Shown: positions 17,829-24,864 of the stretch, piece by piece | How the letters are laid out: each line of letters begins with the position of its first letter | How positions within the stretch are numbered: position 1 is the stretch's first letter | Source: Chloroflexota bacterium | GTDB lineage: Bacteria > Chloroflexota > UBA11872 | DNA length: 40,620 nucleotides | NCBI GenBank assembly: GCA_034421255.1 | Contig: DAOUKN010000210.1 | Location: forward strand, 1-40,620 | Reading direction: 5' to 3' | The notes under the pieces: generated by a model | What the model was told of the DNA's origin: nothing | Database searches by the model: none | The model's input: only the letters and a program-made list of their open reading frames with translations | Position numbers and translations under genes: made by a program

Positions 17829-19181
17829 CTAGCAGATTGGCAGGCCGAGAGCCTGGGCGTCGTGTGGCAGAAGGTCCTCCCAGTTTGCGGGAATGCACCC
17901 CGTGAATTGATTGCCCCCGCTGAGCGACAGCCATCTCAGATCGGCAAGGCCGCCAAGCTCGGAAGGGATTTCTCCGCTCAGCCGGTTGTTACTGAGCGTG
18001 AGTGACTGCAATTTGGAGAGGCGGCCCAACTCGGGTGGGATCGCCCCTTCCAGCAGGTTCTTCTGCAGGTGCAACACCTGCAGATCGGCGAGGCTGCCGA
18101 GCTCGGCAGGGATGGCGCCGCTCAGTTGATTCTCGAAGAGAGCCAGCGCCAGCAAGTTGGAGAGGTTGCCCAGTTCGGGTGGGATCGCGCCGGTGAGCTG
18201 ATTCGCAAAGAGCCACAGAGTCCGCAGATTGCCGAGGTCTCCAAGCTCCGGGGGTATCTGGCCGCTCAACTGATTGTCGCTGAGCACCAGCGATGCCAGT
18301 TTGGAAAGGTGGCCGAGCTCCGACGGTATCGTCCCGGCGAGCTGGTTCTTGTTGAGCAGGAGCTCATCCAAGCTGGAAAGGCTGCCCAACTCCGGAGGAA
18401 TCCCCCCATCGAGCGCATTCCGGGCCAGCCACAGCTTCTTCAGGCTGGAGAGGTTGCTCAACTCCGACGGGATGTCCCCGCTGAGCTGGTTCGCGTGCAA
18501 GTGCAACACTTCCAGGTTTGAGAGACGTCCAAGCTCGGCGGGTATCGGTCCGCTGAGTTCGTTGCCATTGAGCAGCAGCTCGACAAGATTGGCGAGGCGG
18601 CCCAGTTCGGCTGGGATCGTGCCGCTGAGTTGATTGTCCTTGAGCCGCAGTTGTTCAAGCTCGACCAAGCTGCCGAGCTCGGGTGGCAATACGCCGCGCA
18701 ACTGGTTGTTACTGAGCCACAGCGCCGTGACCCGGCCGGCCGCGTTCGTCCTGACGCCCAACCATTTCGCGATCGGCTCCTGACTGAGCCAGTCGCGGTT
18801 GTTCTTCCAGTTGGCGCCGTCGGTGGCCTGGTAGAGGGCGACCAGCGCGGCCCTGTCATTGGCATCGACCGGCGACGGCGTCTGGGCCGGCGTCGGCAGC
18901 GTGGTTGCGACGGGCGTCGGCGTCGCCGTCGGAACTTCGGTCGGCGTCGGCGTATGAGTAGGCGCAGGAGTCTGGGTCGGCGCGGCTGAAGCGGTCGGCG
19001 TTGCGGCCTTGTCAGGCGGTGGGGTTGGCGTGGGCGTGTGGTCTGCCGGCCCGGGCGGCTCGACCGTGGCAGTCGCCGGTGCCGGCTCCGCCGTGGCAGG
19101 CGGTTTGGCAGGTTCGTCGCACCTGGCCGCCATGAGCGCAATTGTGACCACGACTACAAGCGCGGCGGCCCGGATGGTCAC
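17829..19181 (-). CDS. Secreted single-module plant-type LRR protein with Pro/Thr-rich linker
   Basis: The ORF track starts it at 19271. In-frame GTG 19181 (GGAG 7 nt upstream) gives MTIRAAALVVVVTIALMAA. This parallels the giant paralogue's N-terminus, and both share the ccaGTGACC start context. Then come a PT-rich linker, the N-cap NDRAALVALYQATDGANWKNNRDWLSQEPIAKWLGVRT..GRVTALWL, 12 LRRs and the C-cap GGNQFTGCIP...LPIC. Confidence 0.85.
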   Translation of the reverse strand: MTIRAAALVVVVTIALMAARCDEPAKPPATAEPAPATATVEPPGPADHTPTPTPPPDKAATPTASAAPTQTPAPTHTPTPTEVPTATPTPVATTLPTPAQTPSPVDANDRAALVALYQATDGANWKNNRDWLSQEPIAKWLGVRTNAAGRVTALWLSNNQLRGVLPPELGSLVELEQLRLKDNQLSGTIPAELGRLANLVELLLNGNELSGPIPAELGRLSNLEVLHLHANQLSGDIPSELSNLSSLKKLWLARNALDGGIPPELGSLSSLDELLLNKNQLAGTIPSELGHLSKLASLVLSDNQLSGQIPPELGDLGNLRTLWLFANQLTGAIPPELGNLSNLLALALFENQLSGAIPAELGSLADLQVLHLQKNLLEGAIPPELGRLSKLQSLTLSNNRLSGEIPSELGGLADLRWLSLSGGNQFTGCIPANWEDLLPHDAQALGLPIC

Positions 19182-19308
19182 TGGCCGGCTCCGCCGCGCA
19201 GGCCGTCGTGCGTCGAGCTGCGCGGACCCCGGGGCCTCAACGGTGCGCGACCGATGGCAGGTATGGCGCAAGCTCTCGCGGAGGAAAACAGTCGAAGGGC
19301 AACGCGGT

Positions 19309-19680
19309 TCACTCCCGCCTTCGGTCGATGGTGACGGCGGCTTCGGCGAGGATGGAGCCGGCGATGGCGACGCTGGGCTTGGCGATGCGCACGCGCACGC
19401 GGGTCACGCGGGGGAACTCGGCCAGCACGCGGGCGGCGATGGTTTCGCCAAGCGATTCGAGCAGATTGCGGGGCGGTCCGAGCATCACGTCCTGGGCGAC
19501 GGCGTAGAGCTCGCTGTAGTTCACGGTGTCGCTCACGCCGTCGGATTGCCCGGCGGCGCGCAGGTCGGCGTGCACGTCCACATCGACGACAAACCGCTGG
19601 CCGAGGGTGCGCTCCTCGGCGCGGGCGCCGTGGTAGGCGAAGAAGATCATGCCCTTGAGGCTGATGACGTCGCTGCTCAA
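19309..19680 (-). CDS. folB: Dihydroneopterin aldolase
   Basis: LSSDVISLKGMIFFAYHGARAEERTLGQRFVVDVDVHADL...DTVNYSELY matches the FolB N-terminus. The proposed TTG start at 19680 overlaps the rlmB stop (TTGA). The alternative start is ATG 19650. The upstream part of listed ORF 19309..19851 overlaps rlmB and is Arg-rich filler. Confidence 0.8.
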   Translation of the reverse strand: MSSDVISLKGMIFFAYHGARAEERTLGQRFVVDVDVHADLRAAGQSDGVSDTVNYSELYAVAQDVMLGPPRNLLESLGETIAARVLAEFPRVTRVRVRIAKPSVAIAGSILAEAAVTIDRRRE

Positions 19681-20522
19681 GACTCTCCGCCTGTTCGCTG
19701 GCGCGCGATGTGGTGCAGGACGATGGCGCCGGCGGCGGCCACGTTGAGCGAGCCGATGCCGCTGCGCAGCGGCACGCTGACGATCGCGTCGCACGCTTCC
19801 CGCACGCCTGGTCGCATTCCGCGCGCCTCGTTGCCCACGACGATGCAGCATGGCGCGTCGTGGGGCATGGCGTCGAACGATGTCTCCGCGGCGGCGTCGA
19901 GCCCGATGACTCGGACGCCGTCGGAGCGGAGGGACTTGAGCGCCCGCGCGAGGTTGGTCACGTTGACCACGGTGGAGCGCAGGCTCGCTCCGGCGGAGGC
20001 GCGGGCCAGCCCGCCGGTCAGCGCCGCACTGCGACGCTGCGGCACGATGACGCCGGCGCCGCCACAGGCCTCCAGGGTGCGGATAAGCGAGCCCAGATTG
20101 CCCACGTCCTCGACCTGGTCGGCGGCCAGGATGAGCGGCGGTTGGGCGCGTCCGGGCTGGGGTTGCAGCAGGTCGCGCAGCCCGGCGCCCGCGGATGGGG
20201 CCAGCGTGGCGACGACGCCCTGGTGGTTGCCGCCGAATGACAGGGCGTCCAGATCGGCGGTGTCTACGAAGGCCACCGGCACGCCGGCATCGCCCGCCAG
20301 CTCACGCAGGGGGGCCGTGGACTCAGCGGCGCCGCGGGCGACGAGCAGCCGGGTCAGCCCATAGCCGGCGGTGAGCGCTTCGCGGACGGGGTGGCGGCCC
20401 CAGATGGCTCCGGCTAGAGGTCGGTCGGCGTCGTGTGACGCCAGACCGTGCCGTCGGGGGTGTCTTCCAGGACGATGTCGAGATCCGCGAGACGATCCCG
20501 GACGCGATCGGCGAGCTCCCAT
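19677..20522 (-). CDS. rlmB: TrmH/SpoU-family 23S rRNA 2'-O-ribose methyltransferase (RlmB-like)
   Basis: The substrate-binding domain has GRHPVREALTAG. SpoU motifs are present: DQVEDVGNLGSLIRTLEACGGAGVIVP, IVVGNEARGMRPGV and VSVPLRSGIGSLNVAAAGAIVLH. The start is uncertain: the only canonical start upstream of the conserved N-motif is ATG 20522, which overlaps cysS by 109 nt. Confidence 0.75.
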   Translation of the reverse strand: MGARRSRPGSSRGSRHRPGRHPRRHGLASHDADRPLAGAIWGRHPVREALTAGYGLTRLLVARGAAESTAPLRELAGDAGVPVAFVDTADLDALSFGGNHQGVVATLAPSAGAGLRDLLQPQPGRAQPPLILAADQVEDVGNLGSLIRTLEACGGAGVIVPQRRSAALTGGLARASAGASLRSTVVNVTNLARALKSLRSDGVRVIGLDAAAETSFDAMPHDAPCCIVVGNEARGMRPGVREACDAIVSVPLRSGIGSLNVAAAGAIVLHHIARQRTGGES

Positions 20523-21817
20523 TGCCGCGCCTCCCGCGCCATGCCGCGAATCTCGACCAGCAACTCAATGTACGGCGCGGCGTCCGCGGCGTCGGCCGGA
20601 CCTTCGGTCACCTCCACGCCAAGCACGCCGAGCAACTGCCTCAGGCGGTCCTGCGCCTCGGCCACCGCGCCCGGCGTCGCGTTCGGCGCGGCGCGGTTGA
20701 TTGATCGGCCAAGCTCGAACAGCGCGCCGATGGCGCGCGGGGCGTTGAAGTCGTCATCCATGGCCGCTTCGAACTCGCGCTGCGCGTCGGCGCTTGCAGC
20801 GGCCAGCGTCTCCGCGTCGCCGGACGTATCTCCGCCGCGCGCGCGCAGGATGCCGCGCAGCCGCTCGTAGGCGGCCGCGGACGGTTGCAGGGCCTCCATC
20901 GAGAATCCCATCGCCGTGCGGTAGTGCACCGAGAGGAAGAACAGCCGCAGCACGTCCGGCTCCACGACCTCCAGCACGTCGGCCAGGGTGGTGTAGTTGC
21001 CGGCGGAGTGGGCCATCTTTTCGCCGTCGGTCTGCAGCAACCCCGCGTGCATCCAGTGCTGCACGAAGGGCGATTCCCCGCTTGCGGCTTCGGACTGCGC
21101 GATCTCGTTTTCGTGATGCGGAAAGATCAGGTCGGCGCCACCGCCGTGGATGTCGATCTGGTTGCCAAAGGCGGTGTGGATCATGGTGGAGCACTCGATG
21201 TGCCAGCCGGGGCGACCGCGACCCCAGGGACTGTCCCAGCCGATCTCGTCGTCCGGGGCGAGCTTCCAAAGGGCGAAGTCTCGCGGGTCTCGCTTCTCGG
21301 GATCCACCTCGACGCGCGCGCCGGCCTCGACGCCCAGCTCCTCCGTGCGTCCGGACAGGCAGCCATAGGACGGAAAGTCCGGCACGGAGAAATAGACGCC
21401 TTGCGAGGTGGCATAGGCCGCGCCGCGGTCGATGAGGTGTTGCACCGCCGCCACAATCTCCGCCATCGAGCCGGTGACGGTGGGGTACTCGTGGGCATGG
21501 CGCACGCGCAGGCGGTCGAGCACTTCGAAGTAGGCCCGCGTCTGCTCCTCGGCGTAGTCGAGCGGGTCCTGCCCGATGGCCCGCGCGCGGTCGATGATCT
21601 TGTCGTCGATGTCGGTAAAGTTCTGGAGGTGTCGCACCTTGTAGCCGCGGTACTCCAGGTAGCGGCGGACGACGTCCATGTGGACGAACATGAAGCCGTG
21701 GCCCACGTGGGGCGGGGCCTTGGGCGTCATGCCGCAGACGTAGATGCGCACCGTCTCGTCGAGCGGCGTGAAGGGGCGCTTTTCTCCCGTGCGCGTGTCG
21801 GAGATGTGAAGCGTCAC
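20414..21817 (-). CDS. cysS: Cysteine--tRNA ligase
   Basis: The HIGH-type motif is PHVGHGFMFV. The KMSKS-type motif is KMAHSAGN. GWHIEC is present, and the C-terminal IVLEDTPDGTVWRH is typical of CysS. Confidence 0.95.
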   Translation of the reverse strand: MTLHISDTRTGEKRPFTPLDETVRIYVCGMTPKAPPHVGHGFMFVHMDVVRRYLEYRGYKVRHLQNFTDIDDKIIDRARAIGQDPLDYAEEQTRAYFEVLDRLRVRHAHEYPTVTGSMAEIVAAVQHLIDRGAAYATSQGVYFSVPDFPSYGCLSGRTEELGVEAGARVEVDPEKRDPRDFALWKLAPDDEIGWDSPWGRGRPGWHIECSTMIHTAFGNQIDIHGGGADLIFPHHENEIAQSEAASGESPFVQHWMHAGLLQTDGEKMAHSAGNYTTLADVLEVVEPDVLRLFFLSVHYRTAMGFSMEALQPSAAAYERLRGILRARGGDTSGDAETLAAASADAQREFEAAMDDDFNAPRAIGALFELGRSINRAAPNATPGAVAEAQDRLRQLLGVLGVEVTEGPADAADAAPYIELLVEIRGMAREARQWELADRVRDRLADLDIVLEDTPDGTVWRHTTPTDL

Positions 21818-21850
21818 CGTGGCTGACCGTGGGAGATGCGGCGGCGAATT

Positions 21851-22324
21851 CTACCGATGACGCCGCGCCAGCAGGACCACGGCGTGGCAGGCGATGGCCC
21901 GACCCTCGCCCACGGCGTCCAGCCCCTCGTTGGTCGCGGCCTTGACGTTGACTCGATCAGCGTCGACGTCGAGGCACTCCGCCACCGATCGCTCGATGGC
22001 GGGCACGTGCCCGGCGAGCTTGGGGCGCTCCAGCAGCACCGTGGCGTCAAGGTTGACGAGTTCCCAGCCGGCGTCGCGGGCGCGGGCCGCCGTCTCTTGC
22101 GCGAAGCGGGTGCTGTCGGCACCGCGCCAGGCGGGGTCGCTGTCGGGATAGTGGCGGCCGATGTCGCCCGCCCTGAGCGCTCCCAGGATCGCGTCCACGA
22201 TGGCGTGTAGCAGCACGTCGGCGTCGGAGTGACCCACGGCCCCTTTCTCCGACGGCACCCGCACGCCGCCGATCATCAGTGGGCGGCCGCCGGCGAGCCG
22301 ATGGATGTCGTAGCCGTGGCCCAC
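21851..22324 (-). CDS. ispF: 2-C-methyl-D-erythritol 2,4-cyclodiphosphate synthase
   Basis: VGHGYDIHRL...GHSDADVLLHAI.DAILGA...GDIG..YP are IspF motifs. GTG 22324 gives 157 aa, the typical length. The longer listed ORF (to 22468) would overlap the upstream FNR gene. Confidence 0.9.
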   Translation of the reverse strand: MGHGYDIHRLAGGRPLMIGGVRVPSEKGAVGHSDADVLLHAIVDAILGALRAGDIGRHYPDSDPAWRGADSTRFAQETAARARDAGWELVNLDATVLLERPKLAGHVPAIERSVAECLDVDADRVNVKAATNEGLDAVGEGRAIACHAVVLLARRHR

Positions 22325-22362
22325 GCGCAGCTCGGGCAGGGGCTCAGACGCCTCCGCGCTGG

Positions 22363-23268
22363 CTACCAGTAGTCCTCCGTGATCACCTGCGACTCGCGGC
22401 CCGTGGTGAGAAAGCCCTTGCCGGCGAGAATCTCCTTCACGTCGCTGATCATGCCCGGATTGCCGCACAGGTAGGCCGCGCTGCCGGCGACCGAGAGCCG
22501 CTCGCGCACCGCGGCGTGGACCTCGGCGGGCAGATAGGGCGGCACGCGCCCGATCTGGGGTTCGCCGCAGACCATCCGCAAGACGTCATTGAGCCGGCCG
22601 CGTCCCATGTGCTCCTCGTATCCGGGGTCTTGCTCGGGACGGCTGACGACGGGCACGTAGATCAGCTCGAATCCGGCGTCGTCGGCCAGCGCCTCCAACT
22701 CGGCGCGGTAGCCCAGTTGGCTGGCGTAGGACACGCCGTGCAGCACCGTGAGACGCCGCGGCACATCGCCGTCCTGCTGGTATTCGTGCCAGAAGTCGCG
22801 GGCCATCGAGACGAACGGGGCGAGCCCGGTTCCGGTGGCGGCGCACACGAGATCGCGCTGCGTGGTCCGCGAGGGCACGAAGCGCCCGGCCGGGCGCGGC
22901 ATATAGAGCACCTCGTCGCCCGGTGCGTGACGCCAGAGCGCGCCGGTGAACACGCCCTGGCGATTGCTGCCGTCCTCGTCTGCGTCCCGGACCAGGATGA
23001 CGTAGAACTCGAGCGACGTGCGCTCGCGCGACGCCGAGGCGATGGAGAACTGTCGCGGGCGCGGGTCGTCCGCGGGCTGGTCCCAAAAGGCCAGTTGGAC
23101 GTACTGGCCGGCCTCGAACTCGGCGAACGGCTCGCCGTCGGGGCGCTCGATCGTGAAGATCGCAATGTCGGGGTCATCCAGCAGCTCCCAAGTCGCCAAC
23201 CGCGCGCTTTCCATGCGCTCTCGAATGTCGCGGCGTCGGCGGCGCGGAGTGGGCGGAGCGTCGGTCAC
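22363..23268 (-). CDS. Ferredoxin/flavodoxin--NADP(+) reductase family flavoprotein (FNR-like)
   Basis: The FAD-binding R-x-F-S motif is RQFSIAS. The NAD(P)-binding motif is ATGTGLAPFVSM. LCGNPGMI is present and the C-terminus ends in aromatic residues (EDYW). Confidence 0.75.
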   Translation of the reverse strand: MTDAPPTPRRRRRDIRERMESARLATWELLDDPDIAIFTIERPDGEPFAEFEAGQYVQLAFWDQPADDPRPRQFSIASASRERTSLEFYVILVRDADEDGSNRQGVFTGALWRHAPGDEVLYMPRPAGRFVPSRTTQRDLVCAATGTGLAPFVSMARDFWHEYQQDGDVPRRLTVLHGVSYASQLGYRAELEALADDAGFELIYVPVVSRPEQDPGYEEHMGRGRLNDVLRMVCGEPQIGRVPPYLPAEVHAAVRERLSVAGSAAYLCGNPGMISDVKEILAGKGFLTTGRESQVITEDYW

Positions 23269-23304
23269 TGCTGGTCACCGGGTCTGGTCATGGCGTCAGG
23301 ATAG
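23258..23304. repeat. Direct repeat, left copy (decayed ispD 3' end plus genuine FNR start)
   Basis: gcgtcggtcactgctggtcaccgggtctggtcatggcgtcaggatag. It matches 24818-24864 at 37/47 positions without gaps. The terminal 13 nt, ggcgtcaggatag, are identical. Confidence 0.75.
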
Positions 23305-23441
23305 CCTGCTCCATACTCAATACGGAGATGCGGGTCCCCGCCGCCGCTCCCGCGCCACCACGCTCTCCCTCGTCTCCCCACCACCATTCCAGTGAACGAG
23401 GAATCCACCGTCCCGACGGCAACGCGGCTCACTAGCCTGTA

Positions 23442-23471
23442 TTGACAGCGGCATGCGCACGCAAATATAAT
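23442..23471 (+). promoter_or_regulatory. Consensus sigma70-type promoter: TTGACA - 18 nt - TATAAT
   Basis: ttgaca gcggcatgcgcacgcaaa tataat. Both hexamers are perfect. It lies about 70 nt upstream of the orphan gene's RBS (GGGAGG) and ATG 23545. Confidence 0.5.
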
Positions 23472-23544
23472 TACAACTTATGTTTAGTGTAGACTAACGC
23501 CTAGGGCGCAATCAGCGGGTAAGTTGGCGACTCGGGAGGCAACG

Positions 23545-24612
23545 ATGAGCACCGGCGATAAGTCAACCTCGTTCTTCAAGCTGCTTGCTCGCAGCATACC
23601 GACCGAAGAATATCTTCAACTCGTGGTCACGCTCGCCTTGGAACATCAACGGCAATCGAAATCAAAACATCCTTCGCTGAAACGCCTGAGGACAGCGATC
23701 AACAACAGCGGGCTGGAGATTGAGGGTTGGCGCAGCAAGGCTGCGGCCAGCGCGCCAACACCGCGCCTTGTCACCCCCGTATCGGAACTTATGCCGCATT
23801 CCAACGACCTTGCCGAAGCCGTGTTCAGCGTTTGGGCCGACTCTCACGAAGTCTTGCGCCTGGTTGCCTCCAAGCACCTCGATCAGCTTGACCCGGAGAT
23901 TTGCCGTTACGCGGATGACGACGGCCAAATCTCGGACAGTTGGGATCCGGTGATATTGGATATCGAGATCGGAGATATCATTAATTTCCTCTATAAAGAT
24001 GATATCTATCTCATGCTGTGCTATCTGTCGGGATTACTACCGCCTACAGGCGATGAATATCCCGAGTACGACGAGCATGCGCAGGCTGACGATGTCACGT
24101 CCCTTGGAGGCACGGTGTTCGGGGAGTGGATCGAGCATTTGCAGTCGCTTCCCCAAGACGCGCCGGAATGGGATCACGTCAAAGCGTTCGAGCGGTCACT
24201 CTCGAACGTGATTCAAACGAATGAAAACGAACGATTGCGAGTCGCCATGCTCGACATCGACATCGACGAAATTAGGACGAAGTTTGCCGAGGAACTACAC
24301 TATTTGAAACGGAATATTGATGCCTGGTCGATGCCTCGACTTCCGCATTCGCAGGTCGACCCGGTGGTGGACCTCGTCGGTCGCTTGCTGGAGTCGTTGG
24401 AGGAATATCGACCACTCTGCCAACTGGCGGCCAGCCGAAGCGAGGAGGAGGCGCGACGGGCGCAACGGGACGAGTTGGAGCCGCGATTGCGGCGACTGAT
24501 TGACGACATCGAGGCGCGCATGTGCGGCGGTGAGGCGCCGCATTTAGCTGACGGATCGGACGACGGGTCCTCGGCGGCGGCGGGCGCGGTGCCCGAGGCG
24601 CCGTCCACATAG
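23545..24612 (+). CDS. Hypothetical protein (orphan, acidic, no recognisable domain)
   Basis: The ORF track starts it at TTG 23524. ATG 23545 is preceded by GGGAGG at 5-nt spacing, giving 355 aa. The coding-like composition differs from neighbouring genes (rich in D, E, I, L, K, N), and G+C is lower. I recognise no motif. Confidence 0.6.
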   Translation: MSTGDKSTSFFKLLARSIPTEEYLQLVVTLALEHQRQSKSKHPSLKRLRTAINNSGLEIEGWRSKAAASAPTPRLVTPVSELMPHSNDLAEAVFSVWADSHEVLRLVASKHLDQLDPEICRYADDDGQISDSWDPVILDIEIGDIINFLYKDDIYLMLCYLSGLLPPTGDEYPEYDEHAQADDVTSLGGTVFGEWIEHLQSLPQDAPEWDHVKAFERSLSNVIQTNENERLRVAMLDIDIDEIRTKFAEELHYLKRNIDAWSMPRLPHSQVDPVVDLVGRLLESLEEYRPLCQLAASRSEEEARRAQRDELEPRLRRLIDDIEARMCGGEAPHLADGSDDGSSAAAGAVPEAPST

Positions 24613-24817
24613 GCCGCCCGATACCACGCCGTAGCGCAAGCAGCCCTCCAAGTCGAGGCCAAAACGCGCCAAGGTGTGGGCGTCCTCCGCGCCAAAGGCT
24701 GAGACCAGCAGCAAATCAAATGTGTCCCTTCACCGCAAGGCAATTGAAATGAGCGCGAGCGGTCGTCGTGAGCCGCGTTCCGCCGCTCAGCACGCCGCCA
24801 AAGACGCCCAAGCCCCG

Positions 24818-24864
24818 GCGTCAGTCACTGTTGTTCCTCGTGTGCGGGCACGGCGTCAGGATAG
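24818..24864. repeat. Direct repeat, right copy (genuine ispD 3' end plus decayed FNR-start-like GTGACTGACGCC)
   Basis: gcgtcagtcactgttgttcctcgtgtgcgggcacggcgtcaggatag. It contains the ispD stop (tca at 24825-24827) and its last 13 codons. Confidence 0.75.

Larger units (their letters stand above)
23305..24817. mobile_element. Putative inserted segment (1513 nt, low GC, one orphan gene, no recombinase)
   Basis: It is bounded by the 47-bp direct repeats. It interrupts a minus-strand operon with a plus-strand gene that has its own consensus promoter. Hand-counted 60-nt samples inside are 37-55% G+C, versus about 70% in the flanking ispD. Confidence 0.45.

Noticed and set aside
17761-17880. Apparent 1-nt register mismatch between my reading of these two sequence lines and the ORF-track coordinates
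   Set aside because: The translations in the ORF track are internally consistent on both strands, and my reading re-synchronises at 17881. I treated it as my own misreading of C-runs and used the ORF-track coordinates. It is not evidence of a frameshift.
11589-19181. Possible CRISPR-like or satellite array because of the regular 72-nt periodicity
   Set aside because: The periodicity is protein-coding (24-aa LRR units). The units are diverged at the nucleotide level, there are no spacer-like unique segments, and the whole span is a continuous ORF.
19009-20364. 451-aa + strand ORF
   Set aside because: It is the shadow of rlmB/folB on the opposite strand. The same reasoning applies to 20885..21826, 22279..23304, 24768..25853, 25349..26953, 26920..28701, 28840..29496, 29605..30720, 30389..31936, 36328..37299, 37626..38297, 38342..39586 and 7959..9014.
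21818-21850. Possible T-box or other leader upstream of cysS
   Set aside because: Only 33 nt separate ispF and cysS. That is too short for a T-box, so cysS is most likely co-transcribed with ispF.
23289-23315. Mini-ORF MTRPGDQQ upstream of the FNR gene as a genuine leader peptide
   Set aside because: It is explained as the decayed copy of the ispD 3' end within the direct repeat. It has no SD at suitable spacing. It is kept only as part of the repeat finding.
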